In this document: positions 9,852 to 18,454 of the stretch, one piece after another
How positions within the stretch are numbered: position 1 is the first letter of the stretch
Layout of the letters: each line of letters opens with the position of its first letter
Source: a virus
Lineage: Duplodnaviria; Caudoviricetes
Virus record (IMG/VR): IMGVR_UViG_3300021963_000022
DNA length: 64,000 bases
Direction: 5' to 3' (one strand)
Position numbers and translations under genes: made by a program
The notes under the pieces: generated by a model
Told to the model about the DNA's origin: nothing
Databases searched by the model: none
What the model saw: only the letters and a program-made list of their open reading frames with translations

Positions 9852-10414
9852 TGAAAATTATTGAAGACACAACTAAAAAAATTCCCCATCTATACCTAGA
9901 TATGGATGGAGTACAGGCTGACTTTTTTGGTGCTTGGGCAGATAAGCACGGTGTCTCTCATTGGAAAGCTATACAAGATAAAGAAGGCGAGATTGAAGAT
10001 TTAGCCAATAGTACAGCCGAACAAGTATATGATTTTTTCCGTAAACTCAAACCACTTAGTGGTGGTATGGAAGTTGTTCGTTGGGCACAGCAACACAATA
10101 TTCCATATACAGTCTTATCAGCTCCATTACGTGGACCATTTGCTGATGCAAGTAAACAAGCAAAAAAAGATTGGTTAGACACATATCATCCTGGTTCTAG
10201 TAGTAATGCAATCTTTACGTCAGCTAAGTTTAAATATGCAGTTAGTGATGGTGTAGCAAATGTATTAGTAGATGACTTTGGTCCATACATTCAGAAATGG
10301 ACTGATGCCGGTGGTATACCAGTTAAGCATGAAGATGAGTCAGAGGTATCAAGTGCGGCACAAGATACTATTAATAGACTAGAAAAAATCTACTCACCTT
10401 TTCTGACTAAATAG
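9851..10414 (+). CDS. HAD-family 5'(3')-deoxyribonucleotidase-like protein
   Basis: YLDMDGVQADFF motif I and LVDDFGPYI motif. Confidence 0.85.
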   Translation: MKIIEDTTKKIPHLYLDMDGVQADFFGAWADKHGVSHWKAIQDKEGEIEDLANSTAEQVYDFFRKLKPLSGGMEVVRWAQQHNIPYTVLSAPLRGPFADASKQAKKDWLDTYHPGSSSNAIFTSAKFKYAVSDGVANVLVDDFGPYIQKWTDAGGIPVKHEDESEVSSAAQDTINRLEKIYSPFLTK

Positions 10415-10479
10415 TATGTTGGTAAACTAATTTGCCCAATAAACTTTTAATAATACAAACTAACCTGCTATAATATTAC

Positions 10480-10662
10480 ATGGGCAAAAAATACGACAAT
10501 TCTAGGTATGAGGTCATTACTCAGGAAGATCCTGACTCGGGTGACTTAATGGTACCATTACCACCTGAGCTACTTAAACAGTTAGGTTGGATAGAAGGGG
10601 ATACTATCGATTTTTCAATTGATGATAAGGGTCGTTATGTTCTAAAGAAAATATCTAAATGA
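10480..10662 (+). CDS. AbrB/MazE-like DNA-binding protein
   Basis: LMVPLPPELLKQLGWIEGDTIDF pattern. Confidence 0.7.
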   Translation: MGKKYDNSRYEVITQEDPDSGDLMVPLPPELLKQLGWIEGDTIDFSIDDKGRYVLKKISK

Positions 10663-11102
10663 TAAATCCAAACGACTTATTCAACACAATGATGGGTAAT
10701 GTAACTGACACTACAACCATCACTTCCACTAGCCCAACATTTTCAATTACTGATAATACAGTCTCTAGTGGTCTATATTGGGGATTAAACGGGACGAGTG
10801 CTATCCCCGGACAAGTATTAACCACAGACAATACTTGGGGAAATATATCATTGGCTAATCCTAACTTAAACGGTGCAACACTTAGTGTTAAAGGTAATGC
10901 TGATTTTGAAGGTGAAGTAACTATTAAGGGAAAAAACCTATCTGATATGTTTCAAAAGATTGAAGAACGATTAGCTATTCTTCACCCAAACCCTGAACTA
11001 GAAGATAAATGGGATGAGTTAAAAGAATTGGGTAAACGCTATAAAGAACTTGAAGCCGAAATCATTGAAAAAGAGAAGATTTGGTCAATACTAAAGAAAT
11101 AA
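10659..11102 (+). CDS. hypothetical phage protein
   Basis: 147 aa ORF with C-terminal IEERLAILHPNPELE coiled region. Confidence 0.7.
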   Translation: MINPNDLFNTMMGNVTDTTTITSTSPTFSITDNTVSSGLYWGLNGTSAIPGQVLTTDNTWGNISLANPNLNGATLSVKGNADFEGEVTIKGKNLSDMFQKIEERLAILHPNPELEDKWDELKELGKRYKELEAEIIEKEKIWSILKK

Positions 11103-11105
11103 GAT

Positions 11106-11134
11106 TTGACAAATAATCCATATTACGCTATAAT
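11106..11134 (+). promoter_or_regulatory. sigma70-type early promoter
   Basis: TTGACA-17 nt-TATAAT. Confidence 0.9.
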
Positions 11135-11166
11135 AGAAACTGTTTACTAACTATGATCCTTACATT

Positions 11167-11562
11167 ATGACAATGCATCTAGCACATCCCGCACTAACTA
11201 TGGGCGGTAAACGCAAAGGCAAGATTAAATTCCGCAATAGTGCAGAAGCACAAAAAGCACGCCAACTTGATACTGAGTGGAAAGAACTACAGGCTAAGTG
11301 GGGTGTTGATGCAGAAGAAAAGAAACGCAAACGGGCATTAGCGGCAGAACCGTTATCATATACATTATCCGCACCTGCAGGTCGTGAGACCAAACGTATT
11401 GCTAGTTTAGATACTGGTCATTCGGGTGCTGTACGTACAAAAGATATCCCACAATATACCGGTACCAAGATTCTTGGTATTGGTACAATGCACAAAAGTA
11501 ACGCTGTCCCTATTTTCTCCGATGAGGAAGCTAAGGCAATCAGCACTATGCGTAGGAATTAA
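11167..11562 (+). CDS. hypothetical phage protein
   Basis: 131 aa ORF; C-terminal GIGTMHKSNAVPIF motif familiar from T4-like phages. Confidence 0.75.
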   Translation: MTMHLAHPALTMGGKRKGKIKFRNSAEAQKARQLDTEWKELQAKWGVDAEEKKRKRALAAEPLSYTLSAPAGRETKRIASLDTGHSGAVRTKDIPQYTGTKILGIGTMHKSNAVPIFSDEEAKAISTMRRN

Positions 11563-11583
11563 AAGGAGCTTAAAGCAAAACAC

Positions 11584-11799
11584 ATGGCAAAAGAAGAAGG
11601 TATTAAGATGGATGGTAGGGTAATCGATGTATTACCCAATGCCGTCTTTAGAGTCACTCTTACCAGTGGGCCCACTGTCACTGGTTACATATCAGGTAAA
11701 ATGCGTAAGCATGATATTAAAATTCTACTAGGTGATACAGTAGAGGTAGAATTCAGCCCATATGATTTGACAAAAGGTCGCATCACTCGCCGACGTTGA
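11584..11799 (+). CDS. infA: translation initiation factor IF-1
   Basis: [54 protein letters not shown]. Confidence 0.96.
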   Translation: MAKEEGIKMDGRVIDVLPNAVFRVTLTSGPTVTGYISGKMRKHDIKILLGDTVEVEFSPYDLTKGRITRRR

Positions 11800-12365
11800 C
11801 TAAATACTCTACTATGTATGACGTTGTAGAGAAGATCACTGAATCCCAAAAAAGAAAAATAGAGATTGTATCACTCTCTTATTCCAGCACCGACCTCAAC
11901 CCTGTACTAAGCAAAAAGACAATGGACTATCACTACGGTGATTTAGCACATAAGTATGCTGAGAGATACAACAAGGGTGAGGGTGATAAAGACTTTAACT
12001 ATGCTGGTGCATTTTTACACAACATCTATTTCAGTCAATTCAGAAAGCCACAAGATAGTGGCACACCAAACGGTCCTGTACTTAATCTAATAAAACGTAA
12101 GTATGGCTGGTGGAAAGACTTCAAAGAACAATTCAAACTAGAAGCTATGAAGATACAAGGAAGTGGATGGATTTACATGTCCTTTTCCGGAGAAATAAAA
12201 ACTATACAAAATCATGAGGTACGTGATGATATATTGATATTAGTTGACTGGTGGGAACATGCCTGGGCACTTGACTACCAGGCTGACAAAAAGAAATATT
12301 TAGAGAACATTTGGAAAATAATGAATTGGAATGTCATTAATACCCGATGGGGTAAAAATTTATGA
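11796..12365 (+). CDS. Fe/Mn superoxide dismutase
   Basis: Metal-ligand motifs YHYG, FLHNIYF and DWWEHAW; QGSGW motif. Confidence 0.88.
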   Translation: MTKYSTMYDVVEKITESQKRKIEIVSLSYSSTDLNPVLSKKTMDYHYGDLAHKYAERYNKGEGDKDFNYAGAFLHNIYFSQFRKPQDSGTPNGPVLNLIKRKYGWWKDFKEQFKLEAMKIQGSGWIYMSFSGEIKTIQNHEVRDDILILVDWWEHAWALDYQADKKKYLENIWKIMNWNVINTRWGKNL

Positions 12366-12380
12366 GAATAAGGAAACAAT

Positions 12381-12764
12381 ATGGCATACTCACAACAAGT
12401 TATAGATCACTATGAAAATCCCAGGAATGTTGGATCTTTTGACAAGACTGATACTGATATTGGTACTGGTATGGTTGGCGCGCCTGCATGCGGCGATGTT
12501 ATGAAATTACAAATAAAGGTTGACAATGTTACAGGTATTATTACAGATGCGAAATTTAAAACGTATGGCTGCGGATCGGCTATTGCGAGTTCAAGCCTCA
12601 TTACAGAATGGGTCAAAGGAAAAACACTTGACGAAGCCGGATCAATCAAAAACTCCGAAATCGCCGAAGAACTAGCATTGCCTCCGGTAAAGATACATTG
12701 TAGCATATTAGCTGAAGATGCCATCAAAGCCGCTGTAGAAGACTATAGAAAAAAAATAAAATGA
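12381..12764 (+). CDS. iscU: Fe-S cluster scaffold IscU
   Basis: VIDHYENPRNVG, GAPACGDVMKLQ, FKTYGCGSAIASSS, LPPVKIHCS. Confidence 0.98.
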   Translation: MAYSQQVIDHYENPRNVGSFDKTDTDIGTGMVGAPACGDVMKLQIKVDNVTGIITDAKFKTYGCGSAIASSSLITEWVKGKTLDEAGSIKNSEIAEELALPPVKIHCSILAEDAIKAAVEDYRKKIK

Positions 12765-13087
12765 TAACTCTTACTGAAAAAGCATATGATAAAGTAAAAA
12801 ATCAACTTAAAAAACGAGGTAAAGGAGTTGGGATTAGACTAGGTGTAAGGACTACTGGTTGCAGTGGGTTAGCATATACAATGGAATATGTTGATAATTA
12901 TGAAGCAGAAGTAGGAGTAATTAACTATTCACAAAAAGATTTTGTGATATTAGTGGATTTGAAAAGTGATGTGTACCTTAGGGGTCTCACAATGGATTGG
13001 GTTCGTAATGGACTTAATGAGGGATTTGATTTCAAAAACCCTAATGAAAAAGACCGCTGTGGTTGCGGGGAAAGTTTTAGAGTATGA
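12761..13087 (+). CDS. iscA: A-type Fe-S carrier IscA
   Basis: [12 protein letters not shown] and CGCGESF. Confidence 0.95.
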   Translation: MITLTEKAYDKVKNQLKKRGKGVGIRLGVRTTGCSGLAYTMEYVDNYEAEVGVINYSQKDFVILVDLKSDVYLRGLTMDWVRNGLNEGFDFKNPNEKDRCGCGESFRV

Positions 13088-13407
13088 TAACAATAACAGA
13101 ATCAGCAAAAATAAAAATATTGGATCTTCTAGCTGAAGAAGGTAATCCCGATTTAAAATTACGTACATTCGTACAAGGTGGCGGGTGTTCAGGGTTTAGT
13201 TATGGTTTTACATTTGATGAGATAATGAATGAAGATGATTTTGAAATGCCGTTAGGTGACTCCAAAGTTCTAATCGATGCCATGAGTATGCAATATTTAC
13301 AAGGTGCAAGCATAGATTATAAAGAAGACCTACAAGGATCAGAATTTAAAATAACTAATCCAAATGCACAATCCACATGTGGATGCGGTAGCTCTTTTTC
13401 TGTTTAG
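13084..13407 (+). CDS. erpA: A-type Fe-S insertion protein ErpA
   Basis: [20 protein letters not shown] and [14 protein letters not shown]. Confidence 0.9.
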   Translation: MITITESAKIKILDLLAEEGNPDLKLRTFVQGGGCSGFSYGFTFDEIMNEDDFEMPLGDSKVLIDAMSMQYLQGASIDYKEDLQGSEFKITNPNAQSTCGCGSSFSV

Positions 13408-13422
13408 ATGAGGTAATAGTGT

Positions 13423-13831
13423 ATGAAGTCTAGAGAATTCATTACAGAAAAAATAAACCCAGACATACTTACTCTTAATTTTTACCATGAGCAAGAGATA
13501 GATGGCAAAGTATATAGTGCAAAGACAGTAAAAGAAGGTTGGAATAAACGCAACAAAGAGTTATATCTAAGCATAGAATGCAAAGATAATAACAAGATTA
13601 TTGCAGGTGCGCTTTTTCCTAATATTAAATATTAGGTCTAATCAGTGGTTAGAAAGTGTGGATACGTGGGTTAATGATGCATATAAACAATCCGGAATCG
13701 CTAGAACAATGTATGCTTATGCTAAAATGCTAGGAAATGATGTCCGTCCCAGTACTGTACAGACTCCTGACGGACAGGCTATGTGGAAGGCATGGAAAAA
13801 GTCCGGAGAAGCTAAACACCTTATAAGGTAG
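13423..13831 (+). pseudogene. GNAT-like gene frameshifted by a 7-bp tandem duplication
   Basis: AATATTA-AATATTA at 13621-13634; deleting one copy joins ORFs 13423 and 13601 in frame (..ALFPNIRSNQWLES..YKQSGIARTMY). Confidence 0.7.
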
Positions 13832-13869
13832 GACACTTTGCGATAAATACAAGATAAGGAAGATTAATC

Positions 13870-15339
13870 ATGGCAATCTCAGGACAAGAGACATTACAAA
13901 TAGGCGCACAAAATAGCCCCACTAATAGCGATTCATTGTGGGTAGCGTTTAATAAAACACAGAATAACTTTAGCACACTTTTTAGTCAGGCTAGTCCATA
14001 TGACATTTTTACTAGTCAAGCAGGTATATCAGTAACGTCTAACGCATCGACTGGTACAGTCACTATTACAAATACAGGTGTTCTTAATTTAATACAAGGT
14101 ACCGGCATCACATTATCGGGTGCAAATGGTAATATCGTTGTATCAGCTACAGGTGGAAACGGGACAAGTGGAGTAACGAGCGTAGGTATTAGTTCAAATT
14201 CACTATCAATAACAAATACTCCAATAGTAAGTTCCGGTGTCATTAGTGTTGATCTACCGGTTCAAACTAATATATTAGCAGGTAATTATATTGCGCCAAC
14301 TGTAACAATTGACCAATATGGTAGAATTACTAATATTGCAAATGCATCTTCATTCGGTACTGTAACAAGTGTAGCAGTTTCCGGTAGTGATGGTATTAGC
14401 GTAAGTGGTGGTCCTATAACTAGTAATGGAACTATTACTCTTACTAATACTGGTGTCACACGACTTACAGCTGGATCGGGTATTGTTTTAACTAGCAACA
14501 CAGGTAATATTACTATTACTTCTACCGCGGCAGGCGGAAGTGTGAATGCCGCGGGTAACACAAGTGAAATTCAATTTAACTTAACAGGAACATTTAGTTC
14601 TAGTGCTAATTTGACATATGATTCAAGTAATAACATATTACGTGTAGGTAATTTAGAATCTACCGGCGATTTATTACCTTCAGCTAATATTACATATGAT
14701 TTAGGTAGCCCAACAAAACGTTGGAAGGATCTATACCTAAGCAATAATTCTATTCTATTAGGTGAAAGTACAATAAGCGTTGATGATGGTGCATTGAAAG
14801 TTAATGGTAACCCACCTGATGCTGTATTTGAGTCATTACCGTTCGGAGAAGGTTCAGGTGTTAGTTGGGTTGCATGGGAAGGCGCCAATTTAACTGTACG
14901 TGGACCAAATGCTAGTATATTATCTACATTACAAAAAGTTGGTGTAGGTATGAAAATTAAACTACTAACACCACCAGCAGTAGCAGGTAACACTTTAACT
15001 ACTACAAGTAGATTAGAATTAACCAGTAATGCTACTCCTGGCTTTTATGAATATACATTTAATGTAGCAGAATCATCAGCTAATTTAGTATATATATACA
15101 GTGCCGAGATTGCATATACTAATACAGTATCTGTTGCATCAGATGGTAACATTGTGTTACCTGGATCAGATTCATCTATTACTTACATCGATGGGTCATT
15201 GGCTGCGCCACAAATTATCGGTGTACCTGCTAATGCTACGGCAAACGGAGTGCCCGGACAGACAGCGTTTGATTCTAATTACATATATATTTGTACTGCC
15301 GCAAATACATGGAAACGAGCGGCAATCGCTACGTGGTAA
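13870..15339 (+). CDS. tail fibre-like structural protein
   Basis: G/S/T/N-rich repeats (GVTxLxAGxGI), TVTIDQYGRIT, PxANITYDLGSPTKRWKDLYL; ATAAATA motif upstream. Confidence 0.75.
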   Translation: MAISGQETLQIGAQNSPTNSDSLWVAFNKTQNNFSTLFSQASPYDIFTSQAGISVTSNASTGTVTITNTGVLNLIQGTGITLSGANGNIVVSATGGNGTSGVTSVGISSNSLSITNTPIVSSGVISVDLPVQTNILAGNYIAPTVTIDQYGRITNIANASSFGTVTSVAVSGSDGISVSGGPITSNGTITLTNTGVTRLTAGSGIVLTSNTGNITITSTAAGGSVNAAGNTSEIQFNLTGTFSSSANLTYDSSNNILRVGNLESTGDLLPSANITYDLGSPTKRWKDLYLSNNSILLGESTISVDDGALKVNGNPPDAVFESLPFGEGSGVSWVAWEGANLTVRGPNASILSTLQKVGVGMKIKLLTPPAVAGNTLTTTSRLELTSNATPGFYEYTFNVAESSANLVYIYSAEIAYTNTVSVASDGNIVLPGSDSSITYIDGSLAAPQIIGVPANATANGVPGQTAFDSNYIYICTAANTWKRAAIATW

Positions 15340-15362
15340 AAAAAGCCCCTAGGGGCTTTTTT
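15339..15362. terminator. bidirectional intrinsic terminator
   Basis: Perfect palindrome AAAAAAGCCCCTAGGGGCTTTTTT between convergent genes. Confidence 0.85.
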
Positions 15363-15369
15363 ATTTAAA

Positions 15370-15591
15370 TTAACTTTTTCGAGTTTTTATTGTACGTTCA
15401 AGCATGAAGTCAGTAAACTTACTAGCGCACATTGCAGGAACATCAATGAACGGATCCTCAAGATAGAATGGGCAACCACTTTTCCATTTACCTTTATCCT
15501 TAAAATATTTCAATTCTATCAAATCCTCATTTCTAGCTGGATTGAATTCTCTACGTGGAGAAAACGTTCTTCGAAAAGTATTAAGTAACAT
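15370..15591 (-). CDS. hypothetical protein
   Basis: 73 aa ORF in packed early run. Confidence 0.65.
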   Translation of the reverse strand: MLLNTFRRTFSPRREFNPARNEDLIELKYFKDKGKWKSGCPFYLEDPFIDVPAMCASKFTDFMLERTIKTRKS

Positions 15592-15592
15592 A

Positions 15593-15781
15593 TTAGGTTC
15601 GTGGCATTTTAGAGGCTTCTGAGATAACTACAAATACATCATCTAATGTATTGCACATTACCTTGGCTGTTTTCCAGTCATCATTTGAGTCATTACCGGA
15701 CACTTCAACCATGAAGCCATTGTCGTAAAAATTAACAGTCAAGCTGTCATTACATTTTGATAGTTTATCTGATAGTTGCAT
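15593..15781 (-). CDS. hypothetical protein
   Basis: 62 aa ORF in packed early run. Confidence 0.6.
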   Translation of the reverse strand: MQLSDKLSKCNDSLTVNFYDNGFMVEVSGNDSNDDWKTAKVMCNTLDDVFVVISEASKMPRT

Positions 15782-15809
15782 ATATTGTATAGGGCCGTAG
15801 CCCTATTAA

Positions 15810-16193
15810 TTAGTTAGTGCTATTAACTGCTTCGAGCACTTGCTCGGCAGTAACTTCTTTTTTCTTGCCACGTGCTTTGATAGATTCCAAGCTTGGCTTA
15901 GCACTTTTAGAAGTCTTAACTTTGACTTCTCCCTTATTGGACTCTTTAGTGCGGTCCTCAATTGCATCACCAATCAATGATTGATCGGATGCTGACTGGA
16001 AATCTGCGTGAGTTTCCAAATACTTGAGTGCTTCAAGTTTAGTCATTTCTGTAGGCAACTCTACCAAGTCAATACGACTTGCGCCACCTTTAGAGAATTG
16101 TTTGATACGGCGTACCATGTCATCAGTAAAACGCACTTTAGCGTTACCGTTGTGAATAGTAATACCGGCGACTTTGAAAGTTTGATTAGCCAT
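15810..16193 (-). CDS. hypothetical early protein
   Basis: 127 aa ORF behind promoter at 16258-16286; basic C-terminus. Confidence 0.75.
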   Translation of the reverse strand: MANQTFKVAGITIHNGNAKVRFTDDMVRRIKQFSKGGASRIDLVELPTEMTKLEALKYLETHADFQSASDQSLIGDAIEDRTKESNKGEVKVKTSKSAKPSLESIKARGKKKEVTAEQVLEAVNSTN

Positions 16194-16452
16194 TTGAGTT
16201 TCCTTTGAAGTTTAAGCTAAGTTTAAAAATGTACTGATATTGCTCAGTACTGTTATAATGATAACACAAATGGAGTTTATTGTCAACCATGTGTGTTACC
16301 AAAATTAGTATGACTCACCCAATAATTGAGCACGTCCGATCGGGCTCATACCACGACCTAGGTTTTCCGCATCCCAGCAGGTATAGCCGGGAAGTTCAAT
16401 ATCATTCCAACGACTCTCTGATAAGAAAAGGCGCACACGAAACATTTTCATT

Positions 16453-16869
16453 TTATTTCTCCAAGATATAAGGTTTATCCCATTTGCCGATGTTAACATC
16501 AACATAGTAGGCAGTGTTGAAATAATCGGTCATTGCATCCGATTCGTCATACCAATCGGCAGCTTTTAATGCCTTGAATGCTTCGGTCAAGAATGCCTTA
16601 GCCTTGCCATCATAGTGATCTTGGAACCAGTAAGGGTTAACTTGATCATAGCCATTAGTATTGGGCTTGAATCCACGAGCTACTTGATAGTGGTCATTGC
16701 CACAAACACGATTGCTGTTACCGATAAAGTCAATAGCACCGGATTTGAGGGTTAAAACAATAGTCATGTGACTACGGACACTCAAGGATCCTTTAACTTT
16801 ATACTTAGCCAAGATTGGCTTGAGTGCTTGTGCAATCTTTGCTTTGCGTTCTTGATTCATGTAAGCCAT
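16453..16869 (-). CDS. hypothetical early phage protein
   Basis: 138 aa ORF behind promoter; C-terminal DYFNTAYYVDVNIGKWDKPY. Confidence 0.8.
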   Translation of the reverse strand: MAYMNQERKAKIAQALKPILAKYKVKGSLSVRSHMTIVLTLKSGAIDFIGNSNRVCGNDHYQVARGFKPNTNGYDQVNPYWFQDHYDGKAKAFLTEAFKALKAADWYDESDAMTDYFNTAYYVDVNIGKWDKPYILEK

Positions 16870-17422
16870 TTCGTATTCCTTTGTTTAACTGTTTAAGATT
16901 CTATTGTAGCACAATGCCCATTTATTGTCAAATTATTGTTCCATCGGATCACCAAGAAAATACTCGGTTACATAGGTGACAACAATGTCTTTGCCGGAAT
17001 GAATACGCAAGTACTCACCTAGAGCTTCTACATTGCGGAACAAATAACCATTTGCTTTGTACATTTCTTAGTCCTCTTTATCAGTTTCAATACAAGTATT
17101 GTAGCACAGGATCCATTTATTGTCAAATTTCACTAAATTCGCTAGAACTGTATCAGTATAGATTCCTGAGAATCCTAGCGATTTTGAAGCACCGGGACGG
17201 TGAAAATGAGTACTTTTGTATGCAAAAAAGTACTACGAAAGTACTAAAATTAGGGTCAACTATTGACGGTATTGTACGGGGTATAATCTTCTTCTAGGTC
17301 ATAAACCGCAGCCTGATACACCCAAGAAACCGGGATTTCTAGCATCCTAGCAATTGTTACAGGGTTAGTACCCACTAACAATAGGTTGCGGATTTCAATA
17401 TCCAAGTCTGCCATTTTACTCA

Positions 17423-17698
17423 TTACAAAACCTCCAACATGTTAGCGGGCACTTTCCAACTACGGAAGTTAGCCGGCTCATCTACAATAATAAATTTACG
17501 ATTGATTTTCTTTACAACACCGGAGATTGCACCGCGCTTTGAACTAGAGAATTTAACATTAGATCCAACTGTCAATGCCGATTTGTTACGCACCACTAAT
17601 TGGGCACGGGCAAAACGCATTGCATCACCGATGCTATTCAATTCTTCGTTAGTGAAGTCACCCTGCATGATAGCAGTATTAATTTGCTTGATGTTCAT
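17423..17698 (-). CDS. hypothetical early protein (SH3-like C-terminus)
   Basis: 91 aa ORF behind consensus promoter. Confidence 0.7.
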   Translation of the reverse strand: MNIKQINTAIMQGDFTNEELNSIGDAMRFARAQLVVRNKSALTVGSNVKFSSSKRGAISGVVKKINRKFIIVDEPANFRSWKVPANMLEVL

Positions 17699-17760
17699 TT
17701 GAACTCCTTTTGACTGAATAAGACTCTATTATATACCCAAACCGATTTATTGTCAACCTT

Positions 17761-18000
17761 TTATTGTTTGATGTTTTTCATTGCATTTTCCATGTCTTCC
17801 AGATGCTTGCGATACTGGATACGGCCAAGATTGATATTGTACATCACATAGACTAGTATTGCAATACAAAATGAGATTCCGATATATGGAATCGCTGTTG
17901 CGGGAATGAGGGTAAGCAAATAAACTGTAGCACACCCTGCTATTGCGGCGAGTGCAATTTCTTTTGCAGTTTGTGCGACTGCTTGTGTTTTATCTGACAT
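17761..18000 (-). CDS. small membrane protein
   Basis: Two hydrophobic segments; promoter and AGGA RBS upstream. Confidence 0.7.
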   Translation of the reverse strand: MSDKTQAVAQTAKEIALAAIAGCATVYLLTLIPATAIPYIGISFCIAILVYVMYNINLGRIQYRKHLEDMENAMKNIKQ

Positions 18001-18057
18001 GTTGAATTTCCTTTCTAAATTTCAATGCAAATATTATAGCACCAAAAGGATTTAATG

Positions 18058-18267
18058 TCAACCTTTTAGTTTATGAATTAGTTCATTGTAATAAGATCCG
18101 GGTAATTCTTGTAGTGCATCTAGGAGCAATGCTTCAATCCTTCCGGTAACATACAATGCCGCATCTATTCTATTGCCTGGACGGCGATCCAAACAAGACT
18201 TAAACTGCCTAGATATAAATTCATCTACCAGTTGTTTGTGTAGTTCTTTTTTGGTAACGTCTTTCAT
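18058..18267 (-). CDS. hypothetical protein
   Basis: 69 aa ORF overlapping the upstream ORF by ATGA. Confidence 0.65.
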   Translation of the reverse strand: MKDVTKKELHKQLVDEFISRQFKSCLDRRPGNRIDAALYVTGRIEALLLDALQELPGSYYNELIHKLKG

Positions 18268-18422
18268 ACAAGTACCTCTCGGTTTGGATGTTTGTCTTTA
18301 CGACGGTATTGTACTTTGGATTGTACAACCTTAGGTTTGAACGGAGTGTTGCTACAAAACAACACTTTGTGGGCCCGATGTTTGGGCTGTTCAATAGTGA
18401 ATGATATAGTTCTTCGTTTCAT
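18264..18422 (-). CDS. ArfA-like small basic protein (52 aa, not in ORF track)
   Basis: MKRRTISFTIEQPKHRAHKVLFCSNTPFKPKVVQSKVQYRRKDKHPNREVLV; perfect TTGACA-17-TATAAT promoter directly upstream. The ORF is well supported; the function is inferred. Confidence 0.55.
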   Translation of the reverse strand: MKRRTISFTIEQPKHRAHKVLFCSNTPFKPKVVQSKVQYRRKDKHPNREVLV

Positions 18423-18454
18423 AATGCGTATTATAGCATAGAAACATATTTATG

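Noticed and set aside
13633-13641. Stop-codon reassignment (TAG readthrough) as the explanation for the split GNAT-like gene
   Set aside because: A TAA follows two codons later in the same frame and the downstream half is in another frame. Long conserved genes (nrdA, nrdB, iscU) are intact in code 11, and no suppressor tRNA was found.
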